In this document: piece after piece, positions 55,037 through 64,000 of the stretch
Layout of the letters: each line of letters starts with the position of its first letter
Position numbering within the stretch: the stretch's first letter is position 1
Assembly (NCBI GenBank): GCA_002483135.1
Contig: DLHI01000018.1
Span: forward strand, 11,189 to 75,188
Length of the DNA stretch: 64,000 bases
DNA from: Hyphomonadaceae bacterium UBA7672
GTDB taxonomy: Bacteria > Pseudomonadota > Alphaproteobacteria > Caulobacterales > Hyphomonadaceae
Direction of reading: 5' to 3'
The notes under the pieces: generated by a model
What the model was told of the DNA's origin: nothing
The model's database searches: none
The model's input: only the letters and a program-made list of their open reading frames with translations
Translations under genes and position numbers: made by a program

Positions 55037-55668
55037 TGACCCAACGCGCCACACCTTTTTCCTTCGAAACCGAATTCACGCCGTCAGGCGACGTCCTGCG
55101 TGGGCCCGACCGCAAATATCTATCGCGCGAGGAAGCCGACCAGCTTGCCGCCAAGGCGCTCAGCGAGGGCGAGGCGCGCGCACGCCAGGCTGTTGAAGCC
55201 AAGGGCTTTGCCTCCGTCGACAAGGTGGCCGCCCACCTATCGCCGGTTGCCGCGCAGCTGGCCGCACTCGCAGACACGCTACGCCGCGAAGCCGCTGAAC
55301 TCGCCATGATCGCCGCGCGAAAGATTGCCGGCGAAGCGCTCGACAAGAATGGCGAGACTGTTGCGGCCGAAGCGATCGCCCACGCCGTCCGCCAGCTCAA
55401 GGGCAATCCGACAGTCGTTGTCAGCGTCGCGCCTGACGCCCTGCCCCAGATCGAAAGGCGCCTCGAACAGCTGCGCCGCCACGGCATCGGCGCATCGCTT
55501 CAGTTCATCGGCGACGCTAAGGCCAAGCCGGGCGACTGGCGGATCAGCTGGGGCGAGGGTTCGACCGGATTCAGCCGCGACGCCGTGGAAGCAATGATCG
55601 AAAACGCGCTCAGGGCGCGAATGGAAGACCCTGTCGAGCCGCAGCTCGAACTCTTCTCCGCCGCGTAG
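55036..55668 (+). CDS. fliH: Flagellar assembly protein FliH (FlbE of Caulobacter nomenclature)
   Basis: It lies between fliG and fliN, with a coiled-coil middle and a FliH-like C-terminal domain (PTVVVSVAPDALPQIE...GDWRISWGEGSTGF). Confidence 0.75.
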   Translation: MTQRATPFSFETEFTPSGDVLRGPDRKYLSREEADQLAAKALSEGEARARQAVEAKGFASVDKVAAHLSPVAAQLAALADTLRREAAELAMIAARKIAGEALDKNGETVAAEAIAHAVRQLKGNPTVVVSVAPDALPQIERRLEQLRRHGIGASLQFIGDAKAKPGDWRISWGEGSTGFSRDAVEAMIENALRARMEDPVEPQLELFSAA

Positions 55669-55674
55669 GATGTC

Positions 55675-56031
55675 ATGAGCACCAGCGACCTTAACCTTCC
55701 TGATCTTTCGCACGAGGCGCCCGGAACGGCGCTGTCGGCACAGCGCGCCACCGAACCCGAGACACTGGATATGCGCGACAAGATCGCGGCTGACCTCAAG
55801 CCCGTTTTCGACGTTCCCGTCTCGGTGCAGGCCGTCATCGGCCGCACCACCATCGAGGTGTCCAAGCTGCTTGAGCTCGGGCCCGGTTCCGTTCTCGAAC
55901 TGGATCGGCGCGTTGGCGAGGCCATCGACATCTATGTCAACTCACGCCTCGTGGCGCGTGGCGAGGTCGTCGTCGTCGACGATCGACTCGGCGTGACCAT
56001 GACGGAAATCATCAAGAATTCGGACGGCTAA
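55675..56031 (+). CDS. fliN: Flagellar motor switch protein FliN
   Basis: VPVSVQAVIGRTTIEVSKLLELGPGSVLELDRRVGEAIDIYVNSRLVARGEVVVVDDRLGVTMTEI is the SpoA domain. Confidence 0.92.
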   Translation: MSTSDLNLPDLSHEAPGTALSAQRATEPETLDMRDKIAADLKPVFDVPVSVQAVIGRTTIEVSKLLELGPGSVLELDRRVGEAIDIYVNSRLVARGEVVVVDDRLGVTMTEIIKNSDG

Positions 56032-56040
56032 GGAAATCCC

Positions 56041-57414
56041 ATGCGTGTTCTGATTATCGGAAATCTCGCGGGCCAGCTTTCGGCCGCCACCAAGATCGCC
56101 TTCGACCGCGGCGCCAAGGTGCTGCATGCCAACGACGCTGATGCGGCGATGGACATGCTGCGCACTGGACGCGGCGCGGACATCGTCATGATCGACGTTC
56201 ACGAGGACATCAGAAGCCTCGTCGCCGCAATGAAGCAGGAGCGCATCGTTGCTCCGGTCGTCGCCTGTGGCATCGGCGCCAACCCCGACACGGCCGCCAA
56301 CGCCATCCGCGCCGGCGCACGCGAGTTCATACCGCTGCCGCCCGATCCCGAACTGATCGCCGCCGTGCTCGCGGCTGTGGCCGATGATGATCGGCCGCTG
56401 ATCGCGCACGATCCGGCGATGATGGAACTGCGACGCGTCGCCGACCAGATCGCGCCGTCCGACGCGTCCGTGCTTATCACGGGCGAGAGCGGCGTCGGCA
56501 AGGAAGTGATGGCGCGCTATCTGCACAAGCGCTCGAAGCGCGCGGACAAGCCGTACATTTCCGTCAACTGCGCGGCCATCCCCGAGAACCTGCTGGAGTC
56601 CGAACTGTTCGGACACGAGAAGGGCGCGTTCACTGGCGCGGTCGCCCGCCGCATCGGCAAGTTTGAGGAGGCTGACGGCGGCACGCTGCTGCTAGACGAG
56701 ATTTCCGAGATGGACATCCGCCTGCAGGCGAAACTCCTACGCGCCATCCAGGAGCGCGAGATCGACCGCGTAGGCGGCGCCAAGCCGGTGAAGGTCGACA
56801 TCCGCATCATCGCGACTTCGAACCGCATCCTGCAGGAAGCCGTCATGCGCGGCGAGTTCCGGAAGGACCTGCTCTACCGACTCAACGTGATGAACCTCCA
56901 CATCCCGCCGCTGCGGGAGCGACCCAGCGACCTGATCGCGTTGGCCGAATACTTTGTGGAAAAATACGCTGTCGCCAATGGCTTCGACCGCAGGCTTTCC
57001 GAGGCAGCACGCGATCGTATCCGTTCGGCATCGTGGCTGGGCAACGTGCGCGAACTCGAGAACGCGATGCATCGCGCTGTGATCCTGGCGCGCGGCAACG
57101 AGATCCAGGTCGACGACCTACGCACGCCCGACGGACGCCCTGTGCAGGCCAATGCGCTGGATGTCACCGCCGAGCGCGCCGTCAGCGCTGCGGAGGCCGC
57201 CATCAAGGGCGCGACGTCTTTCCAGATCGGTCAGACTGTGGCGGAAGTCGAGCAGGACCTGATCCTGCACACGCTCGATCATTGCCTCGGCAACCGCACG
57301 CATGCCGCGAATATTCTCGGCATCTCGATCCGCACGCTCCGCAACAAGCTGCGCGCCTACCAGGACGCTGGTGTCGAAGTCGCCGCGCCCGGCGAAGTCC
57401 GGGCTGCGGGGTAA
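56041..57414 (+). CDS. flbD: Sigma-54-dependent flagellar transcriptional activator FlbD
   Basis: The AAA+ core has GESGVGKE, the GAFTGA loop and LDEI. It has a C-terminal HTH ([16 protein letters not shown]) and an atypical receiver domain. Its position before flhA matches Caulobacter. Confidence 0.92.
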   Translation: MRVLIIGNLAGQLSAATKIAFDRGAKVLHANDADAAMDMLRTGRGADIVMIDVHEDIRSLVAAMKQERIVAPVVACGIGANPDTAANAIRAGAREFIPLPPDPELIAAVLAAVADDDRPLIAHDPAMMELRRVADQIAPSDASVLITGESGVGKEVMARYLHKRSKRADKPYISVNCAAIPENLLESELFGHEKGAFTGAVARRIGKFEEADGGTLLLDEISEMDIRLQAKLLRAIQEREIDRVGGAKPVKVDIRIIATSNRILQEAVMRGEFRKDLLYRLNVMNLHIPPLRERPSDLIALAEYFVEKYAVANGFDRRLSEAARDRIRSASWLGNVRELENAMHRAVILARGNEIQVDDLRTPDGRPVQANALDVTAERAVSAAEAAIKGATSFQIGQTVAEVEQDLILHTLDHCLGNRTHAANILGISIRTLRNKLRAYQDAGVEVAAPGEVRAAG

Positions 57415-57419
57415 GGTAG

Positions 57420-59528
57420 ATGGCTCAGGCGGGGTCAGTTTCTGTTGGCGGCGGCGGGTTCGACTGGAACGCGCTGACCAAGTTGTTTGCCCGGGGCGAA
57501 TACGCCCTGGGTCTTGGCGTGATGATGCTGGTGATGATGCTCATCATCCCCATCCCCGCCTTCCTGCTGGATTTTCTTCTGGCGATTTCGATCACGCTCT
57601 CCGTCCTCATCCTGATGACGGCGCTGCTGATTCAGAAGCCGCTTGAATTCTCCGCTTTCCCGAGCGTGCTGCTGCTGGCGACGCTGTTGCGGCTGGCGCT
57701 GAACATCGCGACCACGCGCCTCATCCTCGCTCACGGCCACGAGGGCCCGGAAGCTGCCGGCAACATCATCCAGGCGTTCGGCAACTTCGTGATGAGCGGC
57801 AACTTCGTCATCGGCGTCGTGGTCTTCATCATCCTGATCATCGTGAACTTCGTGGTCGTCACGAAGGGTTCGGGCCGTATCGCCGAAGTCGCCGCCCGCT
57901 TCACCCTGGACGCCATGCCCGGCAAGCAGATGGCCATCGACGCCGACCTGTCCGCCGGTATGATCAACGAGGAAGAGGCCCGCAAGCGCCGCCGCGAACT
58001 CGAAGGCGAAAGCAACTTCTACGGCGCAATGGACGGCGCCTCGAAATTCGTGCGCGGCGACGCCATGGCCGGCATCCTGATCACGTTCATCAACGTCCTC
58101 GGCGGCATGATCATCGGCGTCGCGCAGATGGGCATCTCGTTCGAGGACGCCGCCGGCTCCTACACCCTGCTGACGGTTGGCGACGGCATCGTGTCGCAGA
58201 TTCCCGCACTGATCGTGTCCGTCGCGGCGGGCATGCTGGTGTCGAAAGCTGGGGTCGAGGGCGCCGCCGACAAGGCCATCGGCGTCCAGCTGTTCACCAA
58301 TCCGCAGAGCCTTTCGATGGCTGCGGTCATGGCGTTGTTCGCCGGCCTCCTGCCCGGCATGCCGATCATCCCTTTCTTCGGCTTGGCGGGCATCTGCGGA
58401 TACTTCGCCTGGCGTGGCTTCCAGAAGCAGGGCGAGAAGGAAGATCAGAAGCTGGCGGAAGCTGCCGCCGTGCAGCGGGCCAAGCCAATCCCCGAGCCGC
58501 CGATCCAGGAATCGCTCGCCGTCGATGAGATCAAGATCGAGCTCGGCTTCGGTCTGCTTGGTTTCATCAACGAGACGACGGGCCGCAAACTCACCGACCA
58601 GGTGAAGGCGGTGCGCCGCCAGATCGCGTCGGAATTCGGCTTCGTGGTTCCGCAGGTGCGCATCATCGACAACCTGGAGCTTGGCTCGGAAGACTATCGC
58701 ATCCTGATCAAGGAAGTGGTGGCCGGTCGCGGACGCCTGCGTCCGCAATTCCACCTGGCGATGGACTCGTCCGGCACCGCACCGGCGATCGCGGGTGAAA
58801 AGGTCAACGAACCGGTGTTCGGCCTGCCCGCCGTGTGGATCGACGAAGGCGGCAAGGAGAACGCGTCCATCCAAGGCTATACCATCGTGGATGCCGCCAC
58901 GGTTCTCACGACGCACTTCACCGAGTTGGTGAAGGAGAACATGGCCGAACTGCTGACCTTCGGTTCAGTCAAGCAACTGATCGAGGACCTGCCCAAGCCG
59001 CAGGCGGCGCTGATCAACGATATCACGCCGAGCCAGATCACCATCTCGGGCATCCAGCGCATCCTGCAGAACCTGTTGCGCGAACGCATCTCGATCCGTG
59101 ACTTCGGAACCATCCTCGAAGCCATCGCGGAAGCGACCTCGGCCTCCACCGACCTGCTGTCTGTTGGCGAGCATGTGCGGACGCGTCTTGCCCGTCAGCT
59201 GTGCAACGCCAATCTCGATGCTTCGGGCGCGCTGCCCATCATCGCGCTGTCGCCGGTGTGGGAACAGACCTTTGCCGAAGCGCTGGTTGGCGTCGGTGCA
59301 GACCGGCAGCTGGCGCTGGAGCCCTCGCGCCTTCACCAGTTCGTCTCCGATCTGCGCAACGCGTTCGAGCGCGCCGGCCAGGCCGGCGATTCACCTGTGC
59401 TGCTCACCTCTGCAGGCGTTCGTCCCTATGTGCGCTCGCTGGTTGAACGATTCCGGCCGCAGACCATCGTGATGTCGCAGAACGAAGTTCATCCCAAGGC
59501 CCGGCTCCGTTCCGCCGGCACAGTGTAA
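57420..59528 (+). CDS. flhA: Flagellar type III export apparatus protein FlhA
   Basis: 702 aa with FPSVLLLATLLRLALNIATTRLIL, RFTLDAMPGKQMAIDADL and a C-terminal cytoplasmic domain. Confidence 0.95.
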   Translation: MAQAGSVSVGGGGFDWNALTKLFARGEYALGLGVMMLVMMLIIPIPAFLLDFLLAISITLSVLILMTALLIQKPLEFSAFPSVLLLATLLRLALNIATTRLILAHGHEGPEAAGNIIQAFGNFVMSGNFVIGVVVFIILIIVNFVVVTKGSGRIAEVAARFTLDAMPGKQMAIDADLSAGMINEEEARKRRRELEGESNFYGAMDGASKFVRGDAMAGILITFINVLGGMIIGVAQMGISFEDAAGSYTLLTVGDGIVSQIPALIVSVAAGMLVSKAGVEGAADKAIGVQLFTNPQSLSMAAVMALFAGLLPGMPIIPFFGLAGICGYFAWRGFQKQGEKEDQKLAEAAAVQRAKPIPEPPIQESLAVDEIKIELGFGLLGFINETTGRKLTDQVKAVRRQIASEFGFVVPQVRIIDNLELGSEDYRILIKEVVAGRGRLRPQFHLAMDSSGTAPAIAGEKVNEPVFGLPAVWIDEGGKENASIQGYTIVDAATVLTTHFTELVKENMAELLTFGSVKQLIEDLPKPQAALINDITPSQITISGIQRILQNLLRERISIRDFGTILEAIAEATSASTDLLSVGEHVRTRLARQLCNANLDASGALPIIALSPVWEQTFAEALVGVGADRQLALEPSRLHQFVSDLRNAFERAGQAGDSPVLLTSAGVRPYVRSLVERFRPQTIVMSQNEVHPKARLRSAGTV

Positions 59529-59551
59529 CTGCGTACAGAAGGAGCCCGACC

Positions 59552-60532
59552 ATGAAGATGAAGATGTTCGTGGGCCGAACCGAGGAAGAGGCCCTGGGGA
59601 TGATCCGGGCCGAGATGGGGCCGGATGCCGTCATCCTCTCCACGCGCGAGCGGGAGGAAGATGGCTATTTCGAAGTCCGCGCCGCGATCGAGCGATCCTT
59701 CGGCCAGAAGGCGACGCCGAAGTTCGCGGAGATCCGCCCGGTCTACGACGAGACCCGCTCGCAGCTGTCCTCCGCCCTGCGCTGGCACGGTGCGCCCGAC
59801 GGCTTCGTCCACATGGTTTCGGAAGCAAGCGCCCGCCTTGGGGCGGGGATGGAACCGCACGCCGCCCTCGCCGCCGGCATGGATGGGGCGTTGACGTTCA
59901 ATCCGCTCAACCCGCGGCCGGAGAAGTCCTTGCTGCTCGTCGGCCCGCATGGATCGGGCAAGACGACGGCGGTCGCGAAGATCTCCCGTTTCCTGTCTGA
60001 CAAGAAGCATCCGATCGAGCCGGTGGCGGCCGATTTCGATTCTTCGGGCCAGGTTGCGCGGCTGGCCGCCTTAATGCTTAAGCCGTCGGTAACCTTTGCG
60101 CTGTCGCCCGACCATCTGATGAAACTTGTTCGCGACGCAGACGACCGCGGACAAAGACTTGTCATCGATTGCCCCTCATTTAACCCGCTGGAAGAGGCGG
60201 ACATGAAGCGGTGCAGCGACCTGATTTCCTACATGAATGTCGAGCCCGTGCTGGTTCTGGCCGCTGACGGCCACCCCATGGAACTCGAAGACAACGCCCG
60301 CGCCTTCGCTCAGATGGGTTGCCGCCGTGTCATCCTTACCCGGATTGATGCGGTTCGACGTCGCGGGGGAGCAATTGCAGCAATTTCTTCGGCCCGGTTA
60401 AGCATCGCTTCACTAGGTTTGACGTCAAATGCACGTTGCGGGCTGACGCCTGCTTCGTCTGAGCGAATCGCCAGGCTTTTCATGGCCGGCGCTGACGTTG
60501 TCGAAGCGGATCAGCTCAAGGGAGCCGCGTGA
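59552..60532 (+). CDS. flhF: FlhF-like SRP-family GTPase homolog with degenerate G2-G4 motifs
   Basis: It has an AAGGAG Shine-Dalgarno sequence. The N-terminal MFVGRTEEEALGMIRAEMGPDAVILS is a FlhF B-domain signature. G1 is GPHGSGKTT. The canonical DTYR, DTAG and TKLD motifs are replaced by DFDS, DCPS and TRID. Confidence 0.75.
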   Translation: MKMKMFVGRTEEEALGMIRAEMGPDAVILSTREREEDGYFEVRAAIERSFGQKATPKFAEIRPVYDETRSQLSSALRWHGAPDGFVHMVSEASARLGAGMEPHAALAAGMDGALTFNPLNPRPEKSLLLVGPHGSGKTTAVAKISRFLSDKKHPIEPVAADFDSSGQVARLAALMLKPSVTFALSPDHLMKLVRDADDRGQRLVIDCPSFNPLEEADMKRCSDLISYMNVEPVLVLAADGHPMELEDNARAFAQMGCRRVILTRIDAVRRRGGAIAAISSARLSIASLGLTSNARCGLTPASSERIARLFMAGADVVEADQLKGAA

Positions 60533-61374
60533 TGATGAACTTCGGTTCGAGAAAGTCGGAAGGGAAAGGCCATCAGCGTTCGCGCGTGACGCCTGCTTCC
60601 GTCATCGCGGTCGCCTCCGGGAAGGGGGGCGTCGGGAAAACCTGGCTGTCCACCACCCTCGCCGCATGCTTCGCCAAGATGGGCCGGCGCACCCTGCTGG
60701 TTGACGGCGATCTTGGCCTTGCCAACGTCGACGTCCAGCTCGGCATCGCCCCCGAAACAGACCTTGCCGCGGTGATCGCAGGCTGGGTCGAACTCGAAGA
60801 CGCGGTTTGCAAGGTAAATGGCGGCGCTGGTTCTGAAATCGGCTTCGACGTGCTGCCGGGCCGCTCGGGCTCGGGCGCCCTCGCCGGCCTTCCAGCTGAA
60901 GAGGCCTCGCGTCTTGCCGCGTCTCTGACGGCGCTGTCGCTGCAATACGACACTGTGCTGGTCGACCTTGGCGCCGGCATTGAAGACAACGTCATGCGCC
61001 TTGCCCGCGCGTGCGACCGCTGCGTAATCGTCGCCAATGACGAGCCCACATCGATGACGGACGCGTACGCGTTCATCAAGGTTCTGCGCGGCTATGCGCC
61101 TAGCGTGCAGCCGTGGATCGCCATCAACATGGCCGACACCCGCGTCGCTGGCCGCCGCACCTACGAAGCGCTCGCCCGCGCGTCGCAGACCTTCCTCGGC
61201 TTCCGTCCGCCGCTTGCCGGCATCGTCCTGCGCGACCTCAAGGTCCGCGAGGCGATCCGCCAGCAGAAGACGATCGTGAGCATCGACCCGCAGGCGCAAG
61301 CCGCGCTCGACGCCCAGCAGATCGCCGAAGCCCTGGTCAGGGGCGGCGCCGAAGGGATTGCGCAGTCGGCTTAG
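60529..61374 (+). CDS. flhG: MinD/ParA-family ATPase FlhG (FleN/YlxH)-like
   Basis: It has the deviant Walker A VASGKGGVGKTW, then LVDGDLGLANV and VLVDLGAG. It overlaps the flhF stop. Confidence 0.8.
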   Translation: MMMNFGSRKSEGKGHQRSRVTPASVIAVASGKGGVGKTWLSTTLAACFAKMGRRTLLVDGDLGLANVDVQLGIAPETDLAAVIAGWVELEDAVCKVNGGAGSEIGFDVLPGRSGSGALAGLPAEEASRLAASLTALSLQYDTVLVDLGAGIEDNVMRLARACDRCVIVANDEPTSMTDAYAFIKVLRGYAPSVQPWIAINMADTRVAGRRTYEALARASQTFLGFRPPLAGIVLRDLKVREAIRQQKTIVSIDPQAQAALDAQQIAEALVRGGAEGIAQSA

Positions 61375-61527
61375 ACTGCCTCCCCGAGGCGGCACGGACA
61401 TCACTCGAACGCATGATCCAGCGTCCTGAACAGGCAGGCGCCAGAGCGGTATGGACAGCCGCGCTGCGGGGTCTACAGATGCCCCCAAGCGGCTGGCGTC
61501 TGGCTGGCCGCGTCCAGGGGACATTGC

Positions 61528-62661
61528 GTGAAAGCCATCATTCTCGCCGGCATATCGGCGCTCGCACTCGGCGCCTGCGCGGCGATGCCAGCAGCGGCGC
61601 CCGGCGCAACCTCTGAAGCCATTCTCGCCGAGCCCGCGCAGTTCCGCATCCTCAGCGATGCGGAAGTAGCCGCGGGTATGCCCGCGATGTCGGCCAGCGC
61701 TGATGTGAAGGCGTATGTCGCCGCCTTCATCGATTGGGTTCTCGAGCCGGGCCAACTGATCAACCGCTCTGCCCTCTTCATGACGGGCGCGCCGCCGGAG
61801 ATGCCCGAAGGTGTCGACTTCAACGCGATCGTCGAGGCGCTCGCCGAGGAAGGCCATCCTGGGGCCAAACTGATCATCAGCAGCGGCGAGCCCGATGGCC
61901 TTGCGGCGCTGGCCGCGTCGGGCGACGGCACGGCGGCTCTGGCGGTTCACATGAACAACATCTCGGCTGGCTCGCTGCAGCAGAAGATCGACGCGCGCGA
62001 CTGGCTCAGGTCACAGGCGCCGACGAACAAGGATGCAGCCTTCGCACTGGGCTCCTTCCTTCTGTCGCAAACGGAAAACGGCGATATGATGGGGATGGGC
62101 TTTGCTCCCGGCGGCGTTGCGACGCCCGGTGAAGTGCGCGAAGGAGCCGCCCTGCTGCTCAAGGTCGCCGAGGCGGCGCCGCTCGACATCATGCTGCAGA
62201 TCGGAACGATGATGGGCGCACACCCCGGCGTCGATGCAGCCGTCGATGGGCACGCACGCAAGATCCTCGAGCTTGTCGTCGCCGAGACCGACGCAACACC
62301 CATTCCCATGCCAGGCTTCGGCGACGAACTCCAGGAAGGCGATATGGACGAGTACCTCGCCTACGAGGAAAAGCTGGGCGAGTTGTCGGCGGCCGTCGAA
62401 GCGCGCGTCATGCTGGCCGGCATGCTGGCGAAAGGTCATGGCGGAGCGACCGACATCGAACGCGCCACGGCGCTCTATCGCAGCGCGCTGGAGGCGACAC
62501 AGGACTACCGCGCCTATGAGGCGCTGATCGAGCTTGGCGTCGATGTCAGCGCGTATGACGCCCTGTTCGCCCCGCCTGAGGGCGGTGAAGACTGGTGGGA
62601 CCTTGAGCCGGGCCAGGAAGGCGAAGAAGAGCCCGCCCCTCCCGCACACGCCCCGCACTAG
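61528..62661 (+). CDS. Lipoprotein with Sel1-like repeat(s), unknown function
   Basis: The GTG start has a GGGGA Shine-Dalgarno sequence. Lipobox in KAIILAGISALALGAC. LAGMLAKGHGGATDIERATALYRSALEA resembles a Sel1 repeat. The C-terminal tail is acidic. Confidence 0.6.
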   Translation: MKAIILAGISALALGACAAMPAAAPGATSEAILAEPAQFRILSDAEVAAGMPAMSASADVKAYVAAFIDWVLEPGQLINRSALFMTGAPPEMPEGVDFNAIVEALAEEGHPGAKLIISSGEPDGLAALAASGDGTAALAVHMNNISAGSLQQKIDARDWLRSQAPTNKDAAFALGSFLLSQTENGDMMGMGFAPGGVATPGEVREGAALLLKVAEAAPLDIMLQIGTMMGAHPGVDAAVDGHARKILELVVAETDATPIPMPGFGDELQEGDMDEYLAYEEKLGELSAAVEARVMLAGMLAKGHGGATDIERATALYRSALEATQDYRAYEALIELGVDVSAYDALFAPPEGGEDWWDLEPGQEGEEEPAPPAHAPH

Positions 62662-62885
62662 CCCGCCCGACCGGGTGGGACCGAACGAGCCAAATCGGGG
62701 AAAACTACTTCCGCGTCTTGGTAAAAGGTGGTCGCAGAACGGTCGTGCGCCAGTCAAAACTCGGCTTGTGCTAGAATTCGTTGCACACGCCCCAAGAAAT
62801 GGGCCAGTTTTGCAATTGTACGTACCGGGCCGGAGGGGTAACCTCTCCGGGCTGCAGGGGCGGCGTGTGGCGTGGGACGTGGAAA

Positions 62886-63935
62886 ATGCTTGAGATCGTC
62901 GCGATTGTGGGCGCGGTCCTCTTTGGGCTGCTCCTGATCTTCCTCGTTTACAGGTCCGCGCGGACCTATGACGCTGGCGCGCACGCCACCTTCATCACCA
63001 CCAAGGGCGGCGATTTCTATGGCGCCCTGCGCGCGCCGATGACGATCTGGGACCCGACCATCAAGGTCTTGCGCGACAAGCATGCGCCCGAGCTCAAGAT
63101 CATGACGACGGACGCCACGGGGGCTTATTTCGAGAAGTCGCTGGTCAATCGCCGCACAGGTGAAATCTCGCTGCGCGTTCAGACGTGCGCTCCGCGGCCC
63201 TTCCTGTCGACCACGACGGACAAGCGGCAGCTGCTGATCAAGCCGAAGGTGGCCTTCCACCTCGACATCGAGCGCATCCAGATTCCGACGCAGATGGAAT
63301 CGTTCGGCACGATCCTCGCGACGCGCATCGAGAACCTGTTCGACAACGCCATCAGCGAATTCGAGGACCAGGACGTCTTCAAGCACCAGCGCGAGATCGA
63401 GCATCGCGTGCTGCGCGAACTGCAGGACATCGAGGAGCCGCCAGAAGGCACGCAACCGACGGGCATGCCGCTTGGCCTCAAAATCTATGAAGCGATGTTC
63501 TCGTTCGAACGTCCCGAGAAGGCGATCAACAAGGATCTCGCCAACGGCCCGATGGCCTATGACAACGAGCATCTCGACGACCTGGTCGACATGCTCGAGA
63601 AGGCCAACCCGGCGACCGTCGAAGTGCTGATGCGCATGCTGGAACTGCAAACGAGGCAGAACATCGTGCAGATGCTGTGCAAGTCGGGCGGCCTTGTGGC
63701 GTTCACGGCCTCTGAGCTTGGCCTGTCGGAGCGCACGGTGGAGCGCGCCCACAATGGCGCCAACATCATGAAGCCCGCCGATGCCCCCGCAATCGCAGCC
63801 TCTGTCGCACCCGCGCCGGCGGCTGCGGATTCTCCCGTGGCGAAACCCGTGGATCCTGCTACGGCGTACTACAACCTCGGCGCGCCCAAGGCTCAGCCCA
63901 AGGCGGCGAACCCGGCTCCCGCCAAGGACGCCTGA
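62886..63935 (+). CDS. Single-pass membrane protein, SPFH/band-7-like core by eye, Ala/Pro-rich tail
   Basis: MLEIVAIVGAVLFGLLLIFLVY is the TM segment. A beta-rich then helical region follows, reminiscent of SPFH. The family assignment is tentative. Confidence 0.5.
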   Translation: MLEIVAIVGAVLFGLLLIFLVYRSARTYDAGAHATFITTKGGDFYGALRAPMTIWDPTIKVLRDKHAPELKIMTTDATGAYFEKSLVNRRTGEISLRVQTCAPRPFLSTTTDKRQLLIKPKVAFHLDIERIQIPTQMESFGTILATRIENLFDNAISEFEDQDVFKHQREIEHRVLRELQDIEEPPEGTQPTGMPLGLKIYEAMFSFERPEKAINKDLANGPMAYDNEHLDDLVDMLEKANPATVEVLMRMLELQTRQNIVQMLCKSGGLVAFTASELGLSERTVERAHNGANIMKPADAPAIAASVAPAPAAADSPVAKPVDPATAYYNLGAPKAQPKAANPAPAKDA

Positions 63936-63957
63936 GCGCCTGGGACCGAATAGAACA

Positions 63958-64000
63958 TGACCATTGAACGCGAGGATCAGCTCGACGGGCTGAAACGTAT
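63958..64000 (+). CDS. Start of an ORF running off the right edge (MTIEREDQLDGLKR...)
   Basis: ATG at 63958 with an open frame to the window end. It is too short to classify. Confidence 0.3.

Overview
GC-rich (about 63-65% by eye) chromosomal segment of an alphaproteobacterium. Gene order in the second half matches the Caulobacter crescentus hook/switch flagellar region, so a Caulobacterales or Hyphomonadaceae-like organism is likely. Positions 1-44.4 kb are mostly densely packed housekeeping genes: argH, lysA, hpt, ftsEX, plsC, tyrC-hisC, metXW, glnB, gloB, phaB/phaR/phaA, mnmA. Small secreted or lipoprotein genes of unknown function are interspersed. Positions 44.5-61.4 kb are a flagellar cluster: flgL and flgK on the minus strand, then fliK-flgD-flgE, sciP, and fliF-fliG-fliH(flbE)-fliN-flbD-flhA-flhF-flhG. 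The cluster has sigma-54-type promoters in the flgK/fliK divergent region and a CtrA-like box before fliF. I saw no rRNA, tRNA, CRISPR array, prophage or integron. The only mobile-element-like feature is a single IS200/RAYT-type Y1 transposase gene flanked by a perfect 23-bp inverted repeat. The candidates I consider most worth follow-up are: (1) a translationally coupled small alarmone hydrolase (HD) gene plus an unknown helical protein with an RNxxxH (HEPN-like) motif; (2) an FlhF/FlhG pair appended to a Caulobacter-type operon, with FlhF GTPase motifs G2-G4 degenerate; (3) tandem paralogs of a secreted unknown protein with an invariant CHEGNH C-terminal motif; (4) a DAACS transporter with an EF-hand pair inserted in its first loop; (5) a frameshifted membrane-protein gene, and a dodecin gene followed by a +1-frame coding-like extension. 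All calls come from reading the translations by eye, with no database searches. Start codons are often uncertain, and the ORF track counts GTG/TTG as starts. Many long ORFs in the track are antisense artefacts of high GC.
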